Source of the DNA: an uncultured Chloroflexia bacterium
GTDB taxonomy: Bacteria > Chloroflexota > Anaerolineae > B4-G1 > SLSP01
DNA: 64,000 bases
NCBI GenBank assembly: GCA_963751345.1
Contig: CAVVUS010000044.1
Span: forward strand, 32,001-96,000
Direction: 5' to 3'
The position numbers and the translations under genes were made by a program. Every line of letters begins with the position of its first letter. Position 1 is the first letter of the stretch. The notes beneath the pieces were generated by a model, which saw only the letters and a list, made by a program, of their open reading frames with translations, searched no databases and was not told the DNA's origin. This document shows positions 51,968 to 62,084 of this stretch, piece by piece.

Positions 51968-52928
51968 ATGACGGAGCTCGGTGCCGGGGCGATTCCCGGA
52001 TTCGTCGACTTGCAGGTCAATGGGTTCGGGGGCGTAGATTTCTCGGATCCCGGTCCTGACGCGTGATGCGGCCTCCGACGCATTCCGCGATCTGCTGGCC
52101 CACGGGACGGCCGGCTTCTTGCCTACCGTCATCACCAGTCCCCCGGAGGTCTACCGGCACAACCTCCCCTTGCTTGCGGACCTTGTGACGTCCGAGGAGT
52201 TCTCAGGGCGGGCGCTGGGCCTGCACCTGGAAGGCCCCTTCATCTCGCGAGTGCCCGGCGCAGTAGGGGCGCACGACCCACGGCACGTGGTGGACCCCGA
52301 TGTCGCGCTACTGGAGGAGCTCCTGGATCTCGGTGGTGGTCACGTACGCTTGCTCACGGTGGCCGCCGAGGCGCCCGGCGCGGAAGGTGTGGTGCGTCTT
52401 GCGGTCGCGCGTGGCGTCACCGTGTCAATTGGGCACTCCCTCTTCGATGCAGCGTCACTGGAGCGTATGCACGATGCCGGGGCTACCGCGCTGACGCACC
52501 TTGGCAACGGGCTCCCCAATATGCTGCCGCGGCACCCGAACCCGATCTGGGCCGGGCTGGGCAATGATGACTTCACGGCGATGGTCATCGCGGACGGGCA
52601 CCATCTTCCCCTGGATGTGCTCCGCACGATGGTGCGGGCGAAGGGGACGGAGCGGCTGATCGTCGTCAGCGATGCGTCGCCGGTGGCTGGGATGCCGCCG
52701 GGAGAGTACGACGTGATGGGGAACCACGCGATCCTGGAGCCGTCGGGGCGTCTCTACAACCCGGAGAAACAGTGCCTGGTGGGATCGACAGCCACGATGC
52801 GGGACTGCATGGACGTGCTGGCCGGGCTCGGGCTGCTCAGCCGGGAGGAATTGGTCCGCGTTGGGCTCGTCAACCCGCTTCGCCTTATCGGGCTGGACCC
52901 TGCGGACTGCGACCTTCTTCGAGAATGA
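51968..52928 (+). CDS. nagA: N-acetylglucosamine-6-phosphate deacetylase (frameshift ~52055)
   Basis: PGFVDLQVNGFGG, HLEGPF, GHS, THLGN, DGHH, VSDA. Confidence 0.9.
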
Positions 52929-53074
52929 TCGCGACACGGAGTCCGGGCGGACCGTCGAACCGCGGGTCCGGTCGCGAGCCAGAGCTTGCGATTTGGCACG
53001 TTGCAGGCGTGGGCGTTGCGCGGTCAGCAGATCTGTGGTCCGGTCGCCCTGGTGGTAACACGCGCTGGAACGTC

Positions 53075-53109
53075 AGAGGGCCTGCACGGTAGCTCCGTGC
53101 AGGCCCTCT
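53075..53109. terminator. Perfect 15-bp stem-loop between convergent units
   Basis: AGAGGGCCTGCACGG-TAGCT-CCGTGCAGGCCCTCT. Confidence 0.7.
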
Positions 53110-53111
53110 CG

Positions 53112-53498
53112 TTATGCTTTCGCGATGCGGTCAAGAGGACTGCGCGATGGGCTGACCTGGGCGATGTGAACGTTGACCCCCATCGGGTGGTGTGCTTCAT
53201 TCCTGTAGCTCTCGATCGAGCAGAGCCCTACCTCCGCCATCCAGGCAGGTTCGTCGACCTCGCGAACCTGAACCACGGCCCATGCTCCGGGCCCAAGCAA
53301 GCTACGCGCGAGTGCCAGGAGGCGTAGGCTCGTCGACGACAGTGGTGCGTCTGGCGCGATGTAGAACCACGATAGAAAGTCCTCATCGATCGCGACGACG
53401 ACATCATCGGCCAGGTTACCGCATCTGTGCTCAGCAAGCTTGAGGGTGTGGCAGATCCTCTCAGGTGCCTCACCCACGTGTTCCTTTGTGATTTTCAT
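53112..53498 (-). CDS. Hypothetical protein (128 aa)
   Basis: GGGGGAG SD before ATG 53498; overlaps the GNAT 3' end; ends at the terminator. Confidence 0.55.
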   Translation of the reverse strand: MKITKEHVGEAPERICHTLKLAEHRCGNLADDVVVAIDEDFLSWFYIAPDAPLSSTSLRLLALARSLLGPGAWAVVQVREVDEPAWMAEVGLCSIESYRNEAHHPMGVNVHIAQVSPSRSPLDRIAKA

Positions 53499-54607
53499 CT
53501 TCGTCTCCCCCCGCCACCGGTTGTTCGGCATCCAGCGGCTTTCGATAGACGGTCTCCCGCTCGTAGACCGTGTAGCCCATACTCTCGTAGAGCGCCAAGG
53601 CGCCATTGGGATTCAGCGCGTCGACGCCGAGCGCGGCCTCCGTCATCCCTAGTTCCCGGTGCATCACCAGGCTTCGGGCGATGAGCGCGCGCGCAAGCCC
53701 TCGCCGTCGCCACGGCCGGCGTACGCAGATCGTCTCAGTGTAGCCGCGCTTCCGACCGTACTCCTCGTTCTCTGCCTCGTCGATGAAGTTGAGGATCATC
53801 CCCGCGACCTCGTCCCCGGCCCAGGCGACCTGCCACAATGCCGGGTTGAACGTCGGGCTCTCCTGCCAGGAGGCGAAGTTCGAGTCGGCCCATTCCGCCT
53901 CGGAGAAGCCCCAGTGATCGCGGAAAGCCTCCCGCGCCGCGGCCCAGATCTGCAGGTAGTGCTCCGGCGCCACCGGCCTCACTTCAAGCCCGTCGGGTAT
54001 CGGATACGTCGGTACGCGGTCCAGGCCACGACGCACCATGCCGTAGCCGTAACGTACGGCCCGGTACCCCTCGCTATCCAGGAGCGCGATCCAGTCTGTC
54101 TCGTTCTCCTGGGCCCAACATTCAAACGTGCGCTCAGCACTCGCGTCGTGCTCTGCAGCGATGGCCCGCAGCCGATCTTCGTTATGGTGAAGCAGCGCCC
54201 TCCGGATGTCCTTGCCGCGCCATGCGGGGAGCAGAAAGGCAAAGTGCCCCAGGACGAGCGGTCCGTCGACGACCTGGTTCCACCAGACGCGCCCGTATCC
54301 CACGACATCTGCGCCCTGGGCGACGTCTGCGCCCCGGGCGACGTCTGCCTTCCCCGCTTGCGCTGTCGTGGACCTCGACCAGCGTCACGTCCGCCGCCGG
54401 ATCGCAGTTTGTCAGATGCGCATAGCTGCGTCTGAGGTCATCCAGCGTCTGAGTGCGCTCGAGACCGTCGGCCTCCTTGCTCCCCTCGATCACGGCAAGC
54501 ATAGCGGGGAGGTCTTCCTCACCCTTGTACCTGCGAAAGTGTACCCCCTCGATCTTCACGTTTTCTGTGACCAGCATCCTCGCATCCTGCACGGTAATGT
54601 CTGACAT
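53470..54607 (-). CDS. Tandem-domain GNAT acetyltransferase (frameshift ~54350)
   Basis: LLPAWRGKDI and VRRPWRRRGLARAL AcCoA motifs; LGVDALNPNGALALYESMGY; AAGGAG SD. Confidence 0.88.
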
Positions 54608-54654
54608 CGCTCGCTCCTTCATTCTGACCTGGGCCCACGGAGGGCCGGGACAAC

Positions 54655-54737
54655 AAAAAAAGGCCGTGGTGGAGACCCACGGCCTGGGAATGCTGGGACG
54701 AAAAACGGCCGTGGGATCGCAGTGACCCACGGCCGTT
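54655..54737 (-). terminator. Two tandem U-tailed hairpins with interchangeable arms in the GNAT leader
   Basis: AACGGCCGTGGG-N10-CCCACGGCCGTT-TTT and AGGCCGTGG-N7-CCACGGCCT-TTTTT. Confidence 0.85.
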
Positions 54738-54751
54738 GTGCTAGAGTTTGG

Positions 54752-54850
54752 CTATTCTAACCTTCCGGGAGGCGCACTGCGACAAGGCAAGGGTGCCAGT
54801 TCTGTGGCTGGCATCGTCTTGAAGCGAAGATAGGTTGCTGTTGTCATCAT
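54752..54850 (-). CDS. Putative leader peptide MMTTATYLRFKTMPATELAPLPCRSAPPGRLE
   Basis: GGAG SD 7 nt before ATG; lies between promoter TTGACA-N16-TACAAT (54916-54889) and the tandem hairpins. Confidence 0.6.
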   Translation of the reverse strand: MMTTATYLRFKTMPATELAPLPCRSAPPGRLE

Positions 54851-54955
54851 TATCAGTCTCCCAAAGGTGCTGCTGTTCAACTGCGCATATTGTAAACGAG
54901 GCCTGTTTTTTGTCAAACGAGGTGCGGGCATATCTACCGGTGCTATACTTGCCGC

Positions 54956-56625
54956 GTGATTGGCTCAAAGAGGGCTCAAGGGCGTGCGGTACACACCGTG
55001 GCGCGCGGTTTGGCCGCGGCTCTGTACCGGTGGCTCTGGGTGTGCCTGCTGCTCGTGTCCGTGGGCATACGCGCTGTGAGCCCGGACTGGGACTCAGGGA
55101 TTGCAGCTCATCCTGATGAGCGCTATCTCCTCGGGGTGGCCGCGGACGCACCCCTCTATGGGAATATCTGCGCCGTCGCCCCGGATTTCCCCTATGGACA
55201 TCTGCCGGTCACGCTGGCGCGCCTGCTGGTGTTATCGGCCCCGCGAGCCGATCCCCTCTACGCCGCGCGGCTCCTTTCAGCGCTGGTCGGGGTGATCCTT
55301 GTGGCGCTTGCGGGTGGGTGTGGTCGGTGGCTCGGAGGACGTGGCACCGCCCTCGTCTCGGGTACGCTGACGGCCTTTGCGCCATTCCTGGTGCAGCAGG
55401 CGCACTTCTTCACGGTCGATCCGTTTGCGGCGGCCTTCGTCTCGGGTGCCGTGCTGGCGGGCTGCCGTCATAGGTGGCGATGGTCAGGTGCGCTGCTCGG
55501 CCTGGCGGTCGCGTGCAAGGTATCGGTCGCGGTGGCTGCGTTGCCCCTGGCGACAGCTGCCTACTTGGCGATGTCCCCGAGCGACGCAGGAAAGGGTGGG
55601 AGATGGCGACGTGTAGGAGGGCTCCTGGGGATGACTGTGGTCGCCTTTGCCCTGGCCTCGCCGTGGTCACTGCTCGCGCCTGCTGCCTGTTGGCGAGGGC
55701 CCATCGCCCAAAGCCTGATGGCGAGCGGTCGATTCGATTTCCCCTACACGCGGCAGTACAACGGCACCCTGCCTTACGTCTACCCACTGGTCCAGATGGG
55801 GCTCTGGGGTCTCGGGCCGACGGCGACGATCTTCGGTCTCCTTGGCCTCGTGGTGGCCCCGCTAAGGACTGGTGTCCTTGCGGTCGCTGATGGGGCGGGC
55901 CGCGTGGCTCTGGCCGGTGCTCTTCTTCGTAGCGACGGCCGGACTTAGCGTGAAGTTCCCGCGCTATCTGCTCCCGCTGTACCCCTGGTGGTCAGCCTGG
56001 GCCGCACTCGCGGCCCTGACGATCTGGCGTCGCCGGTGGTGGCAGCGAGCGGCCCTGGCGGCGTTGGTCACCCTGCCCACCGTGGCGCTTGGCTTGGCGC
56101 AGGTGGGGGTGTATCGCGATGTGCACCCGTGGGTCGCGGCGTCGGAGTGGATCTACCACAACACGGCTGCCGGTGAGATCGTGGCCATCGAGGAATGGGA
56201 TCATCCTCTCCCTGTGCCACTTCCGGGACGGCGATCCTGAGGAGTACATCCAGATCACGCTCTCGACGCTTGCCGACGAGAGTGCAGCGAAAGCGCAAGC
56301 CCTTTCGCATGCCAGCTCTGAGGCTTCGATGATTGTCCTGGCAAGTCGCCGTGGGTATGGCGCCTTGGCGCGCCAACCGACCCGTCACGCGGCCACGTTG
56401 GCGTGGTACCAAAGCCTGTTTGACACTCGCAGCGTGGTGACCTTTACGCGCTGTCCGAGGATCGGGCCCGTGGCTCTTACCGATGATCCGCTGGCTGATG
56501 CCGGCTTGCCCGTGACGGCGACGCTTGCCGAGAGATGCAGCACGCGCTATGCGCTGCGATTGCCGCGCCTCGACGAGAGCTTCCGGGTCTACGACGCCCC
56601 GCTAGTCGTTCTGCTTCGAAGATAA
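54956..56625 (+). CDS. GT-C (PMT/ArnT-like, family 39) glycosyltransferase (frameshifts ~55870, ~56222)
   Basis: HPDE, FPYGHLP, QQAHFFTVD, ACK, PYTRQY, KFPRY, EEWD, DESFRVYD; TGcTATACT 6 nt before GTG. Confidence 0.82.
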
Positions 56626-56727
56626 CTCCCCCGCCGCACGTTCGCGTCGGAGCACACCGCAGGCCGCTGGGCATCCCTGCCCTGCTTGTCATGCGACCTG
56701 TCCGTGTTAGAATCTTCCGTTGGAGTT

Positions 56728-58278
56728 ATGATGACGTACTTCTACCCGCTCATGCTATACCTGGGATTCGGCGGCGGCCTGTTGCTTCTGGGGGTTGGCT
56801 CCATCCCGAAACTCCGCGCACTGCGAAAGCCCTTGTCAGCCACGTGCGTCACGGCCATGGCTATGATATGGGCACTCGCGCCATCGGCGGGGCGCTGGAT
56901 CCTGTCGGTCTGGAGCCCCAGCGGGGTCACAGGCGGGCTGTTGGTCCTCGATATGTCCTCCTCGGCATGGTGGTGTGTGCTGTTATTACTGGCTGCGGCG
57001 AGCGGCGCATTGTGGGTCACTGTCGCCGAGCGTACTGACGCTTTACCCCTCACGGGCATGTTGCTCGTGATCCTCCTCACTGTGACGTGGCTGGCACTGA
57101 CCTCAGGGTCGCTGCTGCTGACATTGGCGATGTGGACCGTCTTCGATCTGCTCTGGTTCGTCGTGCGGCTCGTTGCTGGCTCAGATGGTGAACGTGTGGT
57201 TTGGGGATCTGCGCTCAACGGCATGGCCTCGTTGATCCTCTGGGTTGCCTCACTCCTGCTGCTCCAGCAGGGCGACAGCGGGCTCTGGTGGCTGATGCGA
57301 CCATCCGGCTCCATTCTCACCCTGATGACGGGGGCAGCACTCGTGCGCATTGGCTTCTATCCCTTCCAGATGGTGCACACTGAGACGCTGCGTCCATCGA
57401 GACCCCTCGCCCTGATGAGCATGATGAACCCGTTCATGGGCGTTGCCCTGCTCTACCATCTGGCCTCGCTGCCTGCGCCCTATGGCCTCCCCAGCTGGCT
57501 CCCAGTCTGGGGGTGCCTATCGGTGTTCTGGTCGGGTGTGAAGGCGTTGAGCCTGCGTGGACGGGCTGCGTTGCTTCCCGCAGTCGTGGGCTGGCTCCTG
57601 GCGATTGTGACGGGCAGCGTCCTGTTGTCGAGTGCTGAGATGCTGTTAGTCGGCAGCGGCGTGTGGTTCGTGTGTGTTGCCCTGCTGCTGGTGGCCCGGA
57701 GCTTCAGTGCGCGGGATTTCTACATGTCCTGGCCCTCGGCGATAGCAGCCATCTTTCTTGTCGGAGCGCCTGTGTCGCCCCTGTACGGACTGTATACTGC
57801 GGTCCTGTCGGGCGCCCCCTGGGGGTGGCGGGTGCTCTTCGCGGTGGGTCTGTGTTTCCTCGTGGCCTCAACCTTTCGCGGCATCTCGTGGCATGTGAAG
57901 GTCCACGTGCGCCCCCCCACGTCGCGGCAGTGGCTCCCGATGCTGGGTGGATACCTCTTGGTGGCCGTTGCACTTACTGCGGTGACGAACAGCTTTCACG
58001 CGGGTGTTGCATCTGCACTGGGTTTCTCTCTGTGGGTCGTCGCCGTAGGCAGCGGCGTCGCGCTGGCGCGCTGGGGCGGCGGCGTCCAACGTGCCTGGCG
58101 GCAGGCTCGACCCGTGATCCAGCTTCTTGACCTGCAGTGGCTGTATCGGGCCGCTTGGCAAGGCGCACAGCACCTTCTTGGCGTGGTGCGCGTCACGGCT
58201 GAGGTGGTGGAAGGGAGCGGATCCGTGCTCTGGTCTGTATTGATCTTGCTTCTCGTCTTGCTGGTCCTAGGAAGCTGA
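56728..58278 (+). CDS. Divergent proton-conducting (NuoL/M/N-MrpD-like) membrane subunit
   Basis: ~14 TM; SLLLTLAMWTVFDL, RIGFYPFQ, VGAPVSP; C-terminal LQWLYR..EG. Confidence 0.65.
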   Translation: MMTYFYPLMLYLGFGGGLLLLGVGSIPKLRALRKPLSATCVTAMAMIWALAPSAGRWILSVWSPSGVTGGLLVLDMSSSAWWCVLLLLAAASGALWVTVAERTDALPLTGMLLVILLTVTWLALTSGSLLLTLAMWTVFDLLWFVVRLVAGSDGERVVWGSALNGMASLILWVASLLLLQQGDSGLWWLMRPSGSILTLMTGAALVRIGFYPFQMVHTETLRPSRPLALMSMMNPFMGVALLYHLASLPAPYGLPSWLPVWGCLSVFWSGVKALSLRGRAALLPAVVGWLLAIVTGSVLLSSAEMLLVGSGVWFVCVALLLVARSFSARDFYMSWPSAIAAIFLVGAPVSPLYGLYTAVLSGAPWGWRVLFAVGLCFLVASTFRGISWHVKVHVRPPTSRQWLPMLGGYLLVAVALTAVTNSFHAGVASALGFSLWVVAVGSGVALARWGGGVQRAWRQARPVIQLLDLQWLYRAAWQGAQHLLGVVRVTAEVVEGSGSVLWSVLILLLVLLVLGS

Positions 58279-58901
58279 TGGATTCCTTCGTCACCTGGCT
58301 CGATCGATTCTCCGAGTTCGTCTCGCTGCCTGCTGCCTGGGGCATCTTTGGTGCCGGCGCCGTCGTCTATCTCATCAACGCCTGGCGCATCCGCTTTCTC
58401 GCGCTGTTGGTTCAGTATGCTTTCATCGGCGTATTGTTCGCGCGCATCTTCGATACCCGTCCCGAGCTAACGCTGATGAAAGTGTTGGTCGGTTGGGTGA
58501 TCAGTGGCGCGCTGCTAATCAGCGCCGGGATCCGCCGGCGGTCAAGCCGCGAGCCGGGCAAGATCATGCGTTGGGCCGCGAACCTGCCGTTCCGCATCCT
58601 GATTCTGCTTACCGCGACGGTCGTCGCGAGGTTGGCTTCACAGCGCTTTGCCCTGCCCTATGTTTCGGCCGATCTTGGGTTGGCCTGTTTTGTCCTCGTG
58701 GTACTGGCCGTGCTCTTCTTCGGCACGGAGGAGGAAGATCCCGGTATCGTTGGCGTCGGCATTTTGAACCTTCTGGCAGCGTTGGACATCTTTTATTCGT
58801 CACAGGATCCGGGTTTGCTGGTGAGCGGTCTGTTGGTTGCCGTCAGCTTACTCGTTGGGCTCGCCGCGTCGTATCTCATGGTCACCGAGGCGTCTTCGTG
58901 A
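58278..58901 (+). CDS. Membrane protein (6-7 TM, HyfE/NuoK-like size)
   Basis: Translationally coupled on both sides (TGATG, GTGA); highly hydrophobic. Confidence 0.7.
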   Translation: MDSFVTWLDRFSEFVSLPAAWGIFGAGAVVYLINAWRIRFLALLVQYAFIGVLFARIFDTRPELTLMKVLVGWVISGALLISAGIRRRSSREPGKIMRWAANLPFRILILLTATVVARLASQRFALPYVSADLGLACFVLVVLAVLFFGTEEEDPGIVGVGILNLLAALDIFYSSQDPGLLVSGLLVAVSLLVGLAASYLMVTEASS

Positions 58902-60337
58902 GCTTGTCAGGTCCGCTCTTCATCGCGGTATCGTTGCTGGTCGCTGCGGCTGTCCTCCAGGCACTGCGGCGATGGACCGGAATTATGGCGTGGCTCGCTG
59001 CCGGAGTGTCGGGCGCTGTGGCCGGGCTCGTGGCCTTCGTGCCGCTCAATCGAGCGGTCGAGGTCGGCCCCTTCACGGTCACCTTGGGAGAGCCGCTTGT
59101 GCTACTGGGGCGTATCCTAGTGATCGAGGACGTCGACCGCCTGCCCCTGATCTTCATCTGTGCTACGGCGGCCGGCCTTTTCATCGTCGCCTGGCGGATC
59201 CTGCCGCACTCGAACTTCTTCGCATCCGGGTTGGCCATCATAGCATGCCTGGCCGGGGCGCTGATGGTGTCCCAGGTCGTCTATGCTGCGCTTCTGGTCG
59301 AGATGGCCGCGATCCTGACCGTCTTCCCGCTCCACGAGCCGATCGTGGCCGTCGATGGGAGCCACTATGGGGGGCAGACCAAGGGTGGCCTGCAGTACAT
59401 GGTCTACGCAACCCTGGCGCTGCCCGGCTTGATGATTACCCAGTTGCTGTTGGAGCAGTTCGCGATCTTCCCCAGCGATACGGGCCTGCTGCAGTCTGCC
59501 ACGGTGCTGTTGGGTCTCTCGCTGGCGATGCTGCTGGGCGCCGTGCCGTTCCAGTCCTGGTTGTCGACGGTGGCAACCGACGGCGCCCCGCCTGTGGTCA
59601 CGTTCCTCTTCACGGTCAACGTGGGCACGGTGTGGTTCTTGCTGCTTGCCTACCTGGAGTCCTACTCGTGGCTGAGTGAGCAAGCGGCCTTCGGCTCGCT
59701 CTTCACAATCGTCGGTCTGCTCATGATGGGACTGGGTGGGGCGCTGGCCGCCTCGCAGCGGCGCCTCGGCCGGATTGTGGGCTACGCCACCCTGGTGGAC
59801 AACGGTGCGATGTTCCTGGCGCTGGGCTCGCGCCAGGTCGCAGGCCTGTCGTTGACGATTGTGATGCTGATCGCGCGCCCGCTCGCGCTGGGCCTGATGA
59901 CGCTGGGGCTTGACGGATTGCGGCGTATTGGCCGAGGCGATGACCGGATCGAGGGCTTGTTGGGAGCTGCATGGCGGGTGCCGTGGCGCACCCTGGCGTT
60001 CATGTTCGGTGGCATTGCGATGGCAGGCTTTCCACTCTCGCTTGGCTTCAGTGCGCGTTGGGGGCTCTACCGGCTTGTCGCTCAGCAGAATCTCTTCGAG
60101 GCGGTAATTGCCCTCGCCGGGAGCGCGGGCATTATGATGGGTCTTGTCAGCGCTGTGCGAGTTCTCCTGGCATCGCCGGCCCAGGCCAGCGACAGGCGCA
60201 CCGCACCCGAGGATGGCGTAGTGTTGTTCCTCATCGTGGCCCTGATGATCGGCACGGTGACGCTCGGTCTGTTCCCCCAGATTGTCAGCCAGCTAGCTCT
60301 GCAGATGGCCCAAGGCTTCACGTTCTTCACCAGGTAG
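58898..60337 (+). CDS. Proton-conducting transporter membrane subunit (NuoN/MrpD-like)
   Basis: LLVE, GAVPFQSW, RIVGYA, GFPLSLGFSARW; start GTG 58898. Confidence 0.78.
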   Translation: MSLSGPLFIAVSLLVAAAVLQALRRWTGIMAWLAAGVSGAVAGLVAFVPLNRAVEVGPFTVTLGEPLVLLGRILVIEDVDRLPLIFICATAAGLFIVAWRILPHSNFFASGLAIIACLAGALMVSQVVYAALLVEMAAILTVFPLHEPIVAVDGSHYGGQTKGGLQYMVYATLALPGLMITQLLLEQFAIFPSDTGLLQSATVLLGLSLAMLLGAVPFQSWLSTVATDGAPPVVTFLFTVNVGTVWFLLLAYLESYSWLSEQAAFGSLFTIVGLLMMGLGGALAASQRRLGRIVGYATLVDNGAMFLALGSRQVAGLSLTIVMLIARPLALGLMTLGLDGLRRIGRGDDRIEGLLGAAWRVPWRTLAFMFGGIAMAGFPLSLGFSARWGLYRLVAQQNLFEAVIALAGSAGIMMGLVSAVRVLLASPAQASDRRTAPEDGVVLFLIVALMIGTVTLGLFPQIVSQLALQMAQGFTFFTR

Positions 60338-60389
60338 GCAGAACGTAACCAGGTGTCGGGCATCTACTCGACAGTGAGGTGGATGAAGG

Positions 60390-61994
60390 ATGTCACTGAG
60401 TATCTACGACTTCCGAATTCGTCAGCGAGATCACCTACTCAGCATCACCAGGGCGATGGTGTCGCGGCTGAGCATCCGTGGGGTGCTGCGCCTCATTCTG
60501 CAGGCTTCTGTCGACATGCTTCAGGGCCAATCAGGTCTGATCGCCCTGGCGAATGACGGCGGCGGATTCGGTTTCTGGGCCAGCTATGGGCTTCCGCCGG
60601 CTATGGTGGACTCGTTCAAACCCTTGGTCGAGGACGTGCCCGATGTGGAGCGGATCGAGGATTTCGTGATGCCCGATCTCGCGGAGAAACTCGGCGCGAT
60701 AGCAGATGAGACCGGGCTTCTGCTGCGCCAGGTTGTCGCTCTGCCTATGATCGCGGAGCAGGAACTCCTCGGCGTCATCTTCATCTTCAGGGCCCAGAGC
60801 TCAAGGTTTTCGCCGGACGATCGCCAGATCCTGGCAAGTTTCGCCGACTACGCCGCCATTGCGGTTCATAACGCGCGCCTCTACGAATCCGCTGAGACGG
60901 AGCGGCGACGGCTGGATGCGCTCCTGGAATCGACTGCCGACGGGGTGATGGTCCTTCGCCCTGATCTTCGATTCGAACGGTTCAACCGGGCGCTAGTGAC
61001 GCTGACAGGGTGGCCGGCGGCTGAGGCTGTGGGTCGGCAGCACGAGGATATCATCACGTGGGCGCGGCGGGCCTCCAGGTTAGCGCTGGAGGACGCCATT
61101 GCTCAAGGTTGGCCCACCGAGGAGGGCCGCACGCTCTACGTCGAGGGTGAGCTGCGACGCCGGAATGGCAGTCTGGTCTCTCTGGGCATTACCTACGCAC
61201 CGCTGATGACCCGCGGAGGGCAGCTTCTCAACATCATCGGCACAGCCCGCGATATCACGCGATTCCGGGAAGCGGACGCGATCAAGGATACCTTCATCTC
61301 GGTCGTATCCCACGAGCTCAAGACGCCGGTCGCCATCATCAAAGGGTATGCCGAGACCCTCCAGCGCCCCGAAGCACGGCGCGACGAGGATATGGTCGAG
61401 GAAATGCTCGCCGACATCTCACAGGAGGCCGACCGACTTGCGCGCCTGGTGGACGATCTACTGGATGCCTCACGCCTCCAGGCCGGTGGATTGCCGTTCA
61501 GGGACGTCGACGAGGTGGATCTGCGGCTCCTGGCCCAGCGCGTGGTGGACCGATATCGTGGTCGCACCAAGAAGCACCAACTGACGCTAGCTTTCCCGGA
61601 TGATTTCCCAGTAATCCTGGGCGATGTCCAGCGTCTGGAGCAGGTGCTCGATAACCTCGTGTCCAACGCGGTCAAGTACTCACCCCACGGTGGCAAGATC
61701 GAGGTCCGCGGTCGCGCTACACCTGCGGAGATCGTTATCTCCGTTTCCGATGAGGGTGTGGGCATTCCCCTCGACGAGCAGGAGCGGATTTTCGATCGCT
61801 TCTACCGCGTTGAGGGCCCTGAAACGCGGGCGGTGAGTGGCACCGGGCTTGGCCTCTATCTGACCCGAGCCATCGTGGAGGCCCATGGCGGGCGTTGCTG
61901 GGTTTCCAGTACACCCGGTCGCGGTTCAACTTTCTACGTTGCCCTCCCGAGGGAAACGGGCCTGGCTATCTGGCACGGCGAGACTCTGGTATAA
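60390..61994 (+). CDS. Cytoplasmic GAF-PAS sensor histidine kinase
   Basis: GAF (AAIAVHNARLY), PAS, SHELKTP, NAVKYS, DEGVGI, GTGLGL. Confidence 0.93.
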   Translation: MSLSIYDFRIRQRDHLLSITRAMVSRLSIRGVLRLILQASVDMLQGQSGLIALANDGGGFGFWASYGLPPAMVDSFKPLVEDVPDVERIEDFVMPDLAEKLGAIADETGLLLRQVVALPMIAEQELLGVIFIFRAQSSRFSPDDRQILASFADYAAIAVHNARLYESAETERRRLDALLESTADGVMVLRPDLRFERFNRALVTLTGWPAAEAVGRQHEDIITWARRASRLALEDAIAQGWPTEEGRTLYVEGELRRRNGSLVSLGITYAPLMTRGGQLLNIIGTARDITRFREADAIKDTFISVVSHELKTPVAIIKGYAETLQRPEARRDEDMVEEMLADISQEADRLARLVDDLLDASRLQAGGLPFRDVDEVDLRLLAQRVVDRYRGRTKKHQLTLAFPDDFPVILGDVQRLEQVLDNLVSNAVKYSPHGGKIEVRGRATPAEIVISVSDEGVGIPLDEQERIFDRFYRVEGPETRAVSGTGLGLYLTRAIVEAHGGRCWVSSTPGRGSTFYVALPRETGLAIWHGETLV

Positions 61995-62084
61995 TACGTG
62001 GGTTTGCGAAAGCCAACGGCGGCACCCGTAGGGTGCTGCCGACAAGAGATATTTGGGACGATGTCAGACCAAAGGAGTTACTGA

